A program made the translations under genes and the position numbers. Below the pieces are notes generated by a model, which worked only from the letters and a program-made list of their open reading frames with translations, had not been told where the DNA came from and made no database searches. A DNA stretch of 64,000 bases from Minutocellus sp. GHC0000111 (taxonomy: Eukaryota), in NCBI GenBank assembly GCA_977018835.1, contig OZ361256.1, positions 5,952,001 to 6,016,000 of the forward strand, written 5' to 3'. Positions 1 to 13,209 of the stretch are shown here, piece by piece. Numbering within the stretch: the stretch's first letter is position 1; every line of letters starts with the position of its first letter.

Positions 1-3000
1 CATCTCTGTATCCGAAACGGAATATGAATTAGCTCCGACAAGTGATGAGGGATGGCAGACAGTCAAAGAAGCCCCCGTGCTAGAGAGTGCTCCAGATGAT
101 GCCGAGACAGAAAGCCTCCGAGCGCTCTTGACTAAGCAAGACATTGGCTCGTCGCCACCGCCTTCCGTTTCTGAGCTGGATGGGATGATGCCGGTGTCAA
201 TGAGTCAAAATGCAGACACTGAAACAAACGAAGAAGAAAATGACGAGTCTCGGCCTGAGCCTGAGCCTGCTCAAGATACTGGGGAGCTCCCTCCGGGATG
301 GCTCGAGTGCACGGACCCAGAAGGAAATACCTACTATTTTAATGACTTGACGGGCGCATCCAGTTGGGAGCGACCTCAAGGCGGCACCACTGGTGATGCG
401 CCTGAACCCGCCGAAACGGAATCTGCCGTCGATGAGGCTGAAACAGAAAGTTTACGCGCCCTGTCGGCCAAGAGAGATGTTGGCTCTTCTCCTCCTCCGT
501 CTGTATCTGAGCTCGACGGAATGGTTGAAGTTCCCCCCACCGAAGGAGAAGAGTTGGCAGTTGAGAACGAAACCTCAGCACCTGTCGATGCCGATGCCAT
601 CAACCCCGAACCGGCTGAGGCTGAAGTGCCAGGCAAGGAGGAAGTAGCCCCACTGCCCGAGCCTTGGGTCGAGCTAATGACTGATGCGGGAGAACCATAT
701 GTAAGTCAAGTGTTCCTGTGTGTCTTTGCGTCGTTTGGTCGAAGCTTTCTATTCAATGCTCCTCCCACTAACCTATTGCTTTCTTCGCATCTCCTTTCGC
801 CAATCCGTAGTATTACAACCAAGAGGATGGTACAACATCGTGGGAGCGACCACAGGCTCCTCTCGAGAGCGCAGTTGGCGCTGGTGACGACATTGGCGGT
901 GCTGCTCAGGAAACAACAGGGGCTACTGGCGACGACACTGCTGCCGAGCCGAACCCTACTAGTATGGATGTGTCCAGTGAGGCTGAGCAGCGTCCTCAGA
1001 CCCTCCCAGAGAATTGGACGGAGGAAACAACCGATGCTGGAGAGGTATATTATTACAACACTGAAACGGGCGCAACACAGTGGGATCGCCCCGTCTCAGA
1101 AGACGCTACAGTCGAAGATTCGCAAATTGGAGGCGCTCAGTCCACTGACGAATTTGTCCACGTTGAGAAGGAGCCCGAAATGAGCGAGGATGGTGCACCT
1201 TCAGCCGCCGCTAATACGGCCGGTGACTCTGATGAACTTCCCGCTCCATGGGAAATGCTCTACACTCCAGAGGGAGAAGCCTACTATTTTAATCAGGAGT
1301 CCGGTGAAACGAGTTGGGAGAAACCTTTGGCTCCGTCAGCTCCGTCGGGACCGGTCGATTATCGCACATCTGCTGCGTCCGCAGCAGCAGCGGCGGCGGC
1401 GGCGGCCTCGACATCCAACGCAGCATCCTCTCAAGTGGAACTTCGTCCAAGACCAGCGCATGCCATTGCTTCCTTCGGATTTGGTGGTAAACTTTCTGTT
1501 ATGTACCCTCAGCAAGCGACCTCGCTCATGTCAACGCCCGCGGGCGGAGGATCTGTCGGTCTCCGTCGAGGACCCGTCGTCATCCACACCCTCAAGGACA
1601 TCCTCGATGCATCGGACGCCGCTCTCTCTGGCGATCCCTCCTCTACTAATGACCAATTCCAACCGATGATTACCATGAACGAGGCCGATGCCTTCCAAAG
1701 AATTGAAGAGAAGGCTTCGTCGGAGAACGCCAGTCTTTTGTGGAATTTGATTCTAATCGCTTCGAAATGGAATGGTCGTCTAAGGAGTATCAACGGTCCC
1801 AACGACCCGAATTCTCCCGAGGCTGCCATCGTCCAACTCCTTCTTGACTCGGACAAAAAGACCTCGTCGAACGACAAGGACCAGCAGCCCGCGTACGCGA
1901 TGCCCTCTCCAATGAAGGTTGGTGCTGATGGTGTTGATACACCGAGCGTACAACAAGGAGGCGTCGTAGCCGATCTTGAGGATATTCAGAACCACCTCAT
2001 TCGAGGACAAAGAGAAGAGGCGGTGGCGAGAGCCGTTTCTAGCAAGAACTATGCGTTGGCCTTCTTGATTGCAGCCATGTGCGATCGTGAGACATATCAT
2101 GCCGTGGCTCAAAAGTTTGTCGACGATGCGTTGCAGAGCGGTACGCCTCTGCATACCTGTTGCTCGCTCTTTTCTGGGCAGATGGTCCCTCCCGATGACA
2201 TGCAACTCGACCGTACCGGAGAAAAGCCGTCTTGCTTTAGCGATGCTTCTCTCAACCTTGCCCAGACCTGGAAGTTCCAGCTAGCGGGAATTCTCAGCAA
2301 CCGAACTGCGGGATGGGAGCACATTATCCTCGCCCTTGGCGATAGACTCCTCCAGCTTGGTGAAGTATGTCCTGCTCATTTTTGCTACATGGTTTGCGGT
2401 TGTTCCATAACAGATCCGAGTCATCCAATGACGAGGCTCTCTCTTGTTGGGTGTGACCACGTCATTCCTGAGCACATTGGTCTTTTGACGAGAGAGGGTG
2501 TCGAGAGTTACGAAAGAACTGAAGCGTTTGAATGGGCCAAGCGCAGGGGCAATCCAAATGCTGCGATCCCCGCCCTTCAACAATTCAAGCTTGCCTATGC
2601 CAAGCGTCTCGCCGATCATGGACTAATGAGGGAAGCGAAATCCCACGTCGATGTCATTCGACACTGCACAGGCCTTGGTACGGTCGGTGACGAGCGAGAT
2701 GAGGCACGAAAGAGAAGGTACTACTCCGAAAAGTTTGAGGAGGAACTAGATATCTTTGAGGATCGAGTCTGTTTCGTCCTGGGCATCCCTTCGTCGATGG
2801 AGAAGCGCTTGGAAGCAGAAGAGAAGAAGGGAGCAGTCTCCCGAGCTCTGGAAAATATGTCGTCCGTCTTCTCCAAGGGACTCTCCAAACCAGCCAGCGC
2901 TGATAACTATGGCGTTGCCGCTGCAGGTAAGCAGTCCGAGCAACGCGATGAAAGCAGCGTCGGTGGCGGTGCCGATGACCCAGATTCGTCGTTTGTATCT

Positions 3001-4194
3001 GCAGTGAGCATGCCCACAACTGGCGGTGCTCCACCTTCTGCTGCTCGCGTCGGCGCAGGAATCGGAATTGGCGGCATGGCTCCCATTGAAGAAGATGCAG
3101 CTCAACAATCATTCGAGCCACCTCAGCAGCAGCAGCAGCAGACGTTGCTGTCCCCAGTCACTGCCTCTAACAATCGTCCAGATGATGACATGAGTTTCGT
3201 ATCAGCCACATCGAATGTACTCGACACTACCGGTGCAACCTTTAAATCGGCCCACCCTCATCCTACTACTACCACCGGTGAGGCCGAGGCCGAGGGTGCC
3301 CCCCCTCCTTTGATGGGTGCCGATCCTTTTGCCGCCGCTGCATCCTTTTCAGCATCGGCATCGGCGGCAGCGGTACTTCCACCGGCGGCGGCAGCATCTC
3401 CGTTTGGTCATCAACCCGCCGGTGGCTTTCCAGTGCCGACCAAGGAGCCCGCGCCGGCGTCAGAACCGCCAATGCCTGTTGCATCGACTCCAGCACCCAA
3501 GACTGCGCCTGCTGGACCTTTGCCGGATGCATCGTCCGGTATGACCGCCCAAGCGACTAACAAACCTCCAAAAAGCGACCCTGTGGTTCTGGAAAAGCAA
3601 GATAAGACAACCGAGACACCGAGTTCGAAATCAGGCTGGTCCCTTCGCAACTTTATAACTAAGAAGCTTAATCCGGACGCTACTACGGCTATTTTGGAGA
3701 ACTCCGGCAAGATGGTATACTCAAAGGAGTTCAAAGTTTGGTACCAAGAGGGTGTCGAAGATCCTGCGGAGCTGGCCAAGGCTCGGGCTCCGCCGCCACC
3801 TCCTACAATGTCAATGGCGACTCCATCCACTCCCGCTGCACCCGCCACTCCAGCGGCAGATCCCTCCGATCCATTGGCCGCACTCATGGCACCCGCAGGA
3901 CTTCGCGTCCCTAGTCGTAGTACGCCCGCCGGAATGGGCCGTCCTCCTTCAGGGATGCCAGGAATGCCGCCAACCGGTGGCATGAACATGATGATGGGAG
4001 CAACTCCAATTGCCAAAAATTCTGGAGGAGGAAAAGGAGGTGCTGCTGTGCCGCCTCCCAATTTCTCTGTATTAACCCCTGGACCAACCCCTGCCAAAGC
4101 AGAAACTGAGAAGAGAGAAGAAGATGGGAACCAGCTACCGTTAGACTCTTGCACTGATAGCTATGTAGTTTTCAGGCAAAATAGAATCTACTAG
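1..4194 (+). CDS. SEC16: Sec16-like COPII/ER-exit-site scaffold with N-terminal WW repeats (5'-partial; intron 701-810)
   Basis: Four WW motifs (LPxxW...YY.N..TG..SWERP). GTAAGT...CCGTAG intron 701-810 joins GEPY|YYNQEDGTTSWERP in frame. Central Sec16 motif HAIASFGFGGKL, LALGDRL...AHFCY, YERTEAFEWA; C-terminal KMVYSKEFKVWY motif; Pro-rich tail. Confidence 0.85.
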
Positions 4195-4399
4195 TATTTG
4201 TAGCCTGACTAGCTACGCTGGAACCAGAATGTAGATCTAGAGTCTACAAATGCCATGGTGTAGTTTAAAAATTGCAAGACAAGCAAGCAAGCACCTGCAA
4301 GTACATCTTTCACATGTAGTCGTAAGTTTGCAAGGAAGTAGAGAGCTAGACTTTACCGGTAGCTAAGTAGGATGAGACTAGAAGAGTCTATGCACTGTC

Positions 4400-7000
4400 T
4401 ACTTGTTGTAGGTTGTTTTGCCAGACAAACATGCCACTGAAGATTCCTTTTGCACTCCCAGCCTTTCAAATGATACTTCTGCTGGTCAGGCATTGCATGG
4501 CATTGTCTTTCTACTGACACGTGTACATACATGTAGATCCTCCACCCACTTGACTGACCATGAGATTGATTGATTGCTGCCCCCTCCGGATGTTGTTCAC
4601 CAGAGTGTTGCAACACCTGCTTGCTTCCCCATGACATGGACTGGCTTTTGAGTGTTGCAACACCTTCTTGCTGTCCTGTCAAACTAAAAAAAGCAAACTG
4701 CCCCGATGTTGTTCTCGTCTTGTAACTTGAGGCCTCTCAGCTGGTGCTGCCTTCTACATGCTCTTCATCGATGTCCTCTCCTTCATCACTGCTGTCCTCT
4801 CCTTCTTCTTCATTGCTTTCTGCTGCCTTGGCCCTGCGTGCTTTTTTGACAATCTCCTCCAAGGCTTTGATGAGCTGTTGTCGACACTTGGCCTTGGCTC
4901 CCTCATTGACCAAGCACATCTCGAAACGAAGCCGACGTGACTCCTTGTCATCTCGCAACGAAAAGCGGACGTGACTGGTTCCTTGTCGTCATCATTCAAC
5001 GGGAACTTGGCCACCAAGGCGGCCTTCAACTCTCCTCATCAGACCTTCGCAGCACCAATGGCTCCCATCGAGGATGCACAGTTGCCGGCACCGTCGGCCA
5101 CGGGGGCTGGAACACGACAAGAGACTTTCCATCCAGCTCAGGACTCTCATCCACTTACTGTAGAGGTAAGGGTAGACTAATGCTAAACCTGATGCTATTG
5201 TCTTTCACAAGTGCACACCCGCCGAGCCACACTTCATCCTCTTCTTCCACTTCTAGAGACAATGATAGCCTGGGAAGGATCTTCGGTCACATTCCGAAGC
5301 TCACTGGACGAGAATCGTTGTCTACGGCACTCATAAAAGTATGTGAAGTATGAGCATACCAAGATCGTTCGCATCTACACATCCCCACCTCGATTCTCAG
5401 ATGCCCAACTCAGCTCTACTTGGCCTGATGAACGTGGCACCGAGCGTTCCTTCCCATGGCATGGATAAAGCAATGGCTGCTACCAATACTTCCAGTTTGA
5501 AACATTATCGCGTACACATCATGTACAGCATCTTGCCCACTCTTCCGCTCATGACAAACGGGGAATGGCGGACAGCAACATGATAGTAACCTGTGGCTGC
5601 ACGTTCCGTGGGCGAGCGACCCGACGCGCTCAATGTTTCCGGAGCAAGAGACTGCACCACTGTCTGAGCTTTCGGTACCGGCGATCGGTTCTCTCCATAA
5701 GCCCTCAACGACCCGGATAGTAATGCTGACAAGGACCAGGACCCTAACCCTATTCATCTTTGGTAAAAACGTGCCTTGTACATAGCTGCATTCAATACAA
5801 AAGGGATGTATCATCTGCAACTCTGGTAAAATTGTAGATCCTATTGAAAAATTGAAGCTATGAACTAATATATTGTCGCAAGCAGACTGAAGTGGTTGCA
5901 CTTGAAACATCTCAGGTCGCCCATTCGGCGCCAATCTCATAAGCCAGACGGGGACGGGCGCCGCTTCAGCAAAGCTTGCTCTTTTACGAACGCCGCTGCT
6001 TCCGATCTCAAACTCTTCGAGGGTGGTCGCTGAGGCATCACTAGCCTATGAAGCAGCAATCGCGATACAGCCTGTCGAGCCATCGATCCGTCACCAATTG
6101 GCTGCTCTCCGACGACGGCCTGCCGTTGAACTACCTTTTCAAATCAATTCATCGCACAGCAACGATCGCAAGGCAAAAGTAGCAGTCCCCATGTTCAAGT
6201 AATTCGTTGTGTTATAATGGCAGCCAACGACAGCAGGGTTGATGTCGGCACGGAGATCAACCTTCCCTTGAAAGCCAACTTGCGCCGCGCACATGAAAGC
6301 AAGCTCTCGAATATTACTAAAGGCCTTGTTTGTCGTCGCAATCAAGAAGGTCTGCTTGGGTAGACTGCAACATCAACCTCACATGCATGGCGTGTCCTCT
6401 GGGGAGCCCTGGCCCAAGGCAGGGTGGAGCACTGATCCTAGCCGAATGGGTTGCGAACCTGTGGCTTCTCAGGTGATCTTGGAGGCCTTGTTTGTCATCC
6501 CAAACAAGGGCTGGCCTGGCTTGGTCAAACTGAGCAACACGTCAAGTACCCCCAACGTCAAGCATGTTGCTGCTGTGTCAATGTTGTTTCCGCCTCTTGG
6601 GTCATCCCATGCTGAATCTTGTGACCTTAGTCCTTTTGTTTGTCGTTGTCAACCAGCCTTACACTTCAACAACAGGATGGTTCCCTCCAAGGAGCAATGT
6701 CGTCTCGGCCTTTCTGCTTGACACCACCAATTGCCATGATTCCGACAGATGGGGGTGGTGGAAGGAGGACAAGGTCAGCAAGAAGAGCACGGTTGGCAGC
6801 CTTCTCGAGGGTATTATTGACCTTTTTGTTGGTGAGGGCATTTTGTTTGTGTGGGGCGCATGGTGGGGATGTTGCTGTGCTCTGCCAGGAAGCAAGCTCT
6901 TCTGAAACTTTCTTTTCTCCGGAACGCAGTGTTCTACTGCATGTGTACATGTAGTTCTAGTCTGGTTTGACACACACTGATGCATTCACTGCTCATTCTT
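4400..7000. pseudogene. Decayed, CpG-eroded repeat/pseudogene-like region of unknown origin
   Basis: No long ORF. Stretches at 4400-4950 and 6350-6950 are rich in TG/CA and poor in CG, with broken protein-like fragments on the minus strand. Adjacent to the LINE. Confidence 0.35.
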
Positions 7001-7059
7001 TGCCGATTGGCTCAGAAAAGCTACATGTAGTCAGCTCAGTATCGGCTGAACGACTCATG

Positions 7060-8500
7060 CTACATCGACGCCAACTTTGGAATGAAGCAGATGGCCCAAC
7101 TTCTCCAACACCAGTATGAAGTACACCTCATCTTCGTCGACCGAATTGTTGTGGAAAATTATGACTCGATGCGGTCCCCAACAGTCTGATTTTGGTGATC
7201 CAGAAGCATATCGCGACGTCAAGATTGATCTACACATCGGGAAGGAGAAAGCCACCTTTGGCTCTACCTGCGGGGTAAAGCAAGGCGACAATCTTGCTCC
7301 CATCCTGTTCATCATGTTTATGAATTGCGTAGCGGAGAGCCTCGATGACTTGTGGGATTTTGAGCAGCCTAACCTTCAGTATGTCCCAGACGAAGAAGAA
7401 GGTAGAGCCCGAGGCCAACTCACGAAGATGCCGGTGAAGACTAAGAAGGGTGAGAGATTTTCTTTTTTCAAGTCTTCCTATGTTGACGACACCGCATTTA
7501 TGTTGTTGAACCGTGAAGATGCCATCAGAGCCACAAAACTTATCGTCTCCCATTTCAAGCGATTCGGCCTGACAGTACACACCGGTAGTAGATCCCTCGG
7601 AGAAGGCTCCAAGATAGAAGCCCTGTACATCCCACCACCTACCTAGGTAGGAAGGAACCGTACACCGAGGAGGAGCTACTGGCAGCAACTGCTGACATTG
7701 TTATCGACGACGACCGATACATATCGTACACCGATGAATTCAAATACCTCGGCAGCCTGCTTGAGAAGCATCTGAACGATATAGTGGACATAAATGCCAG
7801 AATCAAGCAAGCCAAAGGCCAATTCCAAGCGGTGAGTGACAACATCTTCACCAACAAGGATGTACCACTACCCGAGCGACTACGATACTACAATGCCCTC
7901 ACCGTCAATACAGCACTATGGGGATGCGAAAGCTGGGCGCTCAAACCATCACTGATCAAAAAGCTAGAGTCCATGCACCACAACTGCCTCCGTCAAATCG
8001 TAGGGTATAACTTCTACCGAGACGGTAAAGTCACAAATGAAGATATTAGAGCGGAAGCTCTTAGTGCCTACATGTATACGATGGAAACCAATCTAGACCT
8101 AAGGAGATGTAGATGGTTAGAGAAGGTTGCAAACATGGGAGATAACAGATTGCCTAGAAAGTTATTTGGAGCCTTCTGCCATGGAAAATCTAGACGACGC
8201 GGCAAAGCCAAAGCTACAATCCGACATGGATACCGTGACACTCTAGAGAAACTAGGCTTCGGATCTAGAGCAAACGACCTCAGTGAATGGATGCCAGCTG
8301 CCAGAGACCCAGTTCTATGGGCTGAAATAGTGGAGCTCCGACTAGGATTAGTATCCGGCACGTATACAAAGTACAAATTCCGTCAAACGACGATTTCTGA
8401 TTCTATTTTCGGTTGATTTATTCGGACAATTGCTACAGCGGATTTTACATTTAGAGATTAGGGAACTCAAGCCCAATAACCTAGGTGAGTACTCATCATC
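7060..8500 (+). mobile_element. 5'-truncated, disrupted non-LTR retrotransposon (RTE-like reverse transcriptase)
   Basis: RT motifs HLIFVD (partly deleted), ELLWKIM, GVKQGDNLAPILF, YVDD, FKYLGS, RIKQAKGQF, LWGCESW, RRCRWLEKVANMGDNRLPRKL. Frame broken by an 8-bp insertion at ~7641-7648. Short (CAT)n at ~8494-8503. Confidence 0.9.
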
Positions 8501-8928
8501 ATCAGAATGTGCGGTTTCTTCCCATCCGTGGGTGACCTCCCGTCACGTTCTCAAGGTTCAGGCTGAGAGTTTGTCATCAGCTTGAGATGAGATATTTCAT
8601 CACAAACACTTCAATTTGTTGTACGGCAAAGATTAAACATTCTATTAAAGCAAGGAATCACGAACACTTGCCTTACATGTAGTTTTGAAGATACATCCTC
8701 TTTGCATGGAATGCTTAGATTTCCATGTACATGTAGTAGGTGCAATAAACTCCAGTGAGATTTGACCATTTGCCTTTTGTATCGATCACCTAACACCTGG
8801 GTACGAGACCAGATTCTTTTCCGATGTCGTTGCGTTTTTTGTAACATCGCAAAACAAAAATGCAACATTGCTGGAGCTGCTGGCTCAGATTTACATAAAG
8901 TTTGTGTGCGTGCTACACGTAGCATGTG

Positions 8929-10702
8929 TTATATTTCTGCAGAGGACTCTAGATCTACCGTTTCAGCAGTAGTATCCAGATCAACTGAAGTGGTCTCTTT
9001 CTTTACTGTCGTCGATCTCTTTTCCACCTTCTTCTTGTCTGCTTTGGATTTTCGGGAGCTGGTAGACGTAGCAAAAAAGGGAGGCGGCGGGACATTCTTA
9101 TTAGAGCTGATTGGCGGAGCAGCAAAGAAGGGCGGTTTCTTCACCTTTTTCTTTTCAGATGAAATGCGACGCCCGTCCGCATTTGAGTTTGCGCTTTTTG
9201 TCTTGGCCACGACGAGTCCTTTTGAATCCTTGTTATCAAGTTCATTTGCCGCTTCCACGAGCTCAAGCATCAACCCTTCATCGTCAGCAAAACTTTGTTC
9301 ATCTTTTCCGTCATTCAAGCTTTCTTCAAGCCCCGCTTTGAACGAATCGAAGCTTATTTCCTGACCTTCGACTTCCGTGGAATATCCCGAGCATCTCGAA
9401 GCCAGAGGCTCATCGAGAGATTGTTCCACAACCAACGGTTCATTTTGTTGCACATACGTGATGTTGTATTGAATCTCATTTTTGGCTACTGCCGCACCAA
9501 TGGCATCCAAGCCCTCATCATCATCATCGACGCTGAACTCATCAATATCAACAGCCGTTGAAGGCATGTTCCTCGGCTCCTTGCCCAGCTCCAACTCGAT
9601 ACCAGTAGACTCGCCACGCTCACTTCTAACTGCTGGACTACTTCGATTCGACCCAGTAGGTTCCGTCACCAAGTCCTCTGTCGAGGGTATACTACTACTG
9701 CCCATGTCGGCGGATTCATATCGCATGCCTCGCCCAGTGTCGCCAGCTCTTCTTCCTGGCCTGCTGCTGCTTCTTCGTCCTGCCCCGTCGACCATCCCGA
9801 TGGCCGCAATCGTAAACACTGCGCTATCGATAGTAGGTATTTTTGAAGTACCGACAGTGCTTCCGACACCTCCTACTGTGCCGCTTGTACTAATGGTGCT
9901 GACGCTGTTGAGTGTGTTCATAGTCAATTTTGTCTGAACTGTAGAACTCCGTGCCATTCCAGTGCTGTTGCCGTCCTCGATGTCGTCGTCGTCGCCTACG
10001 AGATCTTCATCCTCATAATCGATGTTGTTGGCATTGGCTCTGTGTGCGTTCCTTCCCACTGTCGACTCACACTGACTTCTTGCACTTGTATTGATAGAAG
10101 CAGCAATTCCTTCGGTGAGACCAGTGGCGCCGGTGTATCCGGTGTAATACCCAGTATCCGCCCCCGTGTCCATCGTTCCAAGAGTTCCAAGAGTGTGCGT
10201 GTCAGAAGACAGTGTGTTGTCATCATCGAATGTGGCAGTTTGCTGCGGCGTCTTCTTTCCACCTCCACCAGCCACTCTGGTATAAAGCCCCTGAGCTAAA
10301 TCATCAATACGCCCGAGGTCAAAGTCGCCCTGTTCAATGTCGCCACATTGACCGCCCGGAATGATACAAGTTGTCACAGAGGCGATAGAGGCATCGATTT
10401 TCGAAAGAATACTGCTCATAACGCCGCCTCCTCGTTCTTCTTCTTCCTTTGGTTTCCGTCTGTCGCGCCTCGATGCCGACTTGGTCTTGCTGCCGCTATT
10501 GGCCAAAGGTCGGACCGAGGTGGGTGCTCTGGGAGGTTTACCGCGGCTGCTCCTAGCTTTAGGCGATGATGACGACGACGGGACGCTGGCTGCAATTTCG
10601 TCATCGTCGGACGAACGCATCCGTTCAATCATTCGATCGGTTTCAGAAGGAACGCGACGTGATGCCGAGATGGTAGTGTTGCCAGGCGGATTCATTGTCA
10701 TG
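8929..10702 (-). CDS. Hypothetical low-complexity (S/T/D/K-rich) protein
   Basis: Long uninterrupted ORF (8929-11124). Likely start MTMNPPGN; no recognisable domain. Confidence 0.65.
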
Positions 10703-11170
10703 ACGCAATGCACTTGTATTCTGCTGGACTGGTTATCCGTGGGTCCAGAGAAGAAAAGTGAGGCCGGGATCGAGGAGTAAGTTGGAAGGGCGACTGGAAA
10801 GAAGTACCGGAAATAATGTTGGAGTGCCCACCCAAAATCTAAAAGGAAGGCTCGCGCGCACTTGGAATGGATCAGCACGAGATGTGCGGAATTAAGAGAA
10901 AGGGGCCCGACCGCAATCCCAACCAATGCTTTCTTTGTGGCCGGAGTGCGTGAACTGTTCTTCATTCGCCGCCCTCCAAGGCGCACCTCCTGGTACTGCT
11001 TCACTCTTGTGGCGGGTCCGCTTGCATGGGTCATTGGCATCTTCCGTTGAAAAGGTGACAATGATTTAACCCAGACTAACTTCAGACACCCGGAACGTCT
11101 GGTGAAAAATTGCGCCCCCTCCACCCGTCCTCAACACGATTCGAGCATATTAGATGCAGCCGCAGCCGCA

Positions 11171-11231
11171 GCTCTAAAAAGCAACACCGCACTGCAGTAA
11201 TGCTCTAAAAAGCAACACCGCACTGCAGTAA
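11171..11231. repeat. Perfect 30-bp direct tandem duplication in a divergent promoter
   Basis: GCTCTAAAAAGCAACACCGCACTGCAGTAA at 11171-11200 and 11202-11231. Confidence 0.95.
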
Positions 11232-11346
11232 GCCTCAAATCACAGTAAAACTCCCAGTAAATTGATTCCAAATCGTATGATCGGCGCACCATCGCTAGGA
11301 GCAAAGCATTTGATCAGCTACGAAGCAGCTGCACCGTGTAACAGCC

Positions 11347-13209
11347 ATGAGCTCACAACACGGAGATGCCGTCGATCCAGGCTGCTTCGGTGTGGTGCTC
11401 TCATGCTTCCTGGGCGATGACAACGCTACCACCGCTGGCCAGTCATCACATCAGAACTCAGCCACACTTCCATCTTTCGACGAGACCAATACTTACACTG
11501 CCGAGGCTTCTCTTGCCGGTGACTCCGATTTCGATCGCAGCATGCCTCATTCTTCTACTTCCCCCCTTGCCAACATTGAAGACCTCGAAGGAGATGATGA
11601 CGTTGGCCCATTTGATGAGGAAGAAGAAAGTGCTATTAGCAAACTTGGCGAGGACAGCTTGGTTGCCGGTCTCGAGGAAACTACCCAAAAAGTTATGACT
11701 GGACATAACAAAGACGATGGTAGTAAGAGAGTTCCGGTAGTAGATGCAGTCCAGAACAATTATCAGCAATGCCAGCGAAAGATAACAGCGCCCAAAAAGT
11801 CCAAGTCCAAGAAGACGGCTATGGGCACAGCTTCGTCTCTCATTCGCTCCTTGTCGAGTCGCCGCCAGAGTCGTCGTCAGTCCAACGACAAAAGCATGTC
11901 AGCTGATAGTGTCGACAAAAATGAAGTCGATGAACAAGAAGCAATCATCGACGCTCTGGTCCTGGAACAAGAACAAGAGGAGCCGTTTAGTTCTATGACA
12001 AGTGCAAGATCTCTAGATACGAGAGAAAGGAGTGCGGACAACCGCTTCGTCATTGAGTATGTGTGCTCAGAGGACAATGGCGATATGGACAACGACGACG
12101 GTCTTGAAGCTGGCGGCTATAACGCAAAAGACGAAGGAATTTTCGTCCCAACAGGAAATGTCTCAGCTTTTTCTGATCATACTAGTAGCCCCGATTCTCC
12201 CTTGAACAAAGGCGAGGATGAGGAGAATCTCACAGAAGTCCTTCCGCCTATTGAAGTAGTACTGGATGAATCGGATGGCGAGAGTGTTACAAGTTCCGCA
12301 ATAGTCACAGATGAACGATCGTTCTCGCAGACCAAGGACAAGGGAAGCAGAGGCAAACCAAAGTCAAAAATTGCTGCCAGTCTCAAGCGTTCTGTCGGGA
12401 GCCTTCGTCGGGTTGGTTCTAGAGGGATGCAGCGCACCAGAAGCGAAAAGGTAGGATATTCCACCACCCAAGATCTCAACACGACGCTCCAACTCGACGA
12501 CACATTGCTCACTTCCCCGGATGTTAGTACTGCATCGTACCGGAATAGCATCAGCGATCGTGAATATGATTTGACTGAGATATATGTCGACGGGAAACGC
12601 TGCGATAGCGTCGTTAACGACGATGAAATTTCGGACGATTCCAGCTCTATAGATGAGACATCGTCTGAAAAGTTGCGTCGTCGCGTGGTTGATGTGGAAA
12701 GCCGCGTTCAGAGCCAGATATCGCAAGCAAAGTCCTTTGATTCACAGCAGTCACAGTATGCGCTCGTACATAGGTCTACTTCAGGCCATCGTGGCGTCGT
12801 TCGAAGCAGTGGTGATCACGGCGAGATAGTCCCAAAAAGTGAGGTGATCGTTGATCTGGGTGGACACGATGGCATTATTACTGGAGGTGGATACCTAGAA
12901 ACGTCGGACGAAGTAAAAAAATTCAAAGGCATGCCGCTATTTGTAGAGCAAGGAATCTACGATACCGTCATTCCAGTTCGCTCTGCTGATGAGAAATCTG
13001 TCGTGTTTATTGAAGCCCCTGCGACAGACCCAATCACTTCTGGGTTGGTCACTCCATATGGAAGCGACAGCGACGAAGAGGATGACATCGACGAAAGTTA
13101 CCTCGAGGAAGAGGATGGCGAACCAAGGAAGAAGAGTAGCAAACGTCGCCCTCTCGCCTTTTTGCGAAAGAAACACAGAGACACAAGCTACGAGGCTGAC
13201 TGCAAATAA
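11347..13209 (+). CDS. Hypothetical acidic/disordered protein (620 aa)
   Basis: Long ORF with ATG start and an AT-rich 3' region; no recognisable domain. Confidence 0.7.
   Translation: MSSQHGDAVDPGCFGVVLSCFLGDDNATTAGQSSHQNSATLPSFDETNTYTAEASLAGDSDFDRSMPHSSTSPLANIEDLEGDDDVGPFDEEEESAISKLGEDSLVAGLEETTQKVMTGHNKDDGSKRVPVVDAVQNNYQQCQRKITAPKKSKSKKTAMGTASSLIRSLSSRRQSRRQSNDKSMSADSVDKNEVDEQEAIIDALVLEQEQEEPFSSMTSARSLDTRERSADNRFVIEYVCSEDNGDMDNDDGLEAGGYNAKDEGIFVPTGNVSAFSDHTSSPDSPLNKGEDEENLTEVLPPIEVVLDESDGESVTSSAIVTDERSFSQTKDKGSRGKPKSKIAASLKRSVGSLRRVGSRGMQRTRSEKVGYSTTQDLNTTLQLDDTLLTSPDVSTASYRNSISDREYDLTEIYVDGKRCDSVVNDDEISDDSSSIDETSSEKLRRRVVDVESRVQSQISQAKSFDSQQSQYALVHRSTSGHRGVVRSSGDHGEIVPKSEVIVDLGGHDGIITGGGYLETSDEVKKFKGMPLFVEQGIYDTVIPVRSADEKSVVFIEAPATDPITSGLVTPYGSDSDEEDDIDESYLEEEDGEPRKKSSKRRPLAFLRKKHRDTSYEADCK

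Noticed and set aside
11171..11231. CRISPR-like repeat
   Set aside because: Only two copies with a 1-bp gap, no spacers or cas genes, eukaryotic context.
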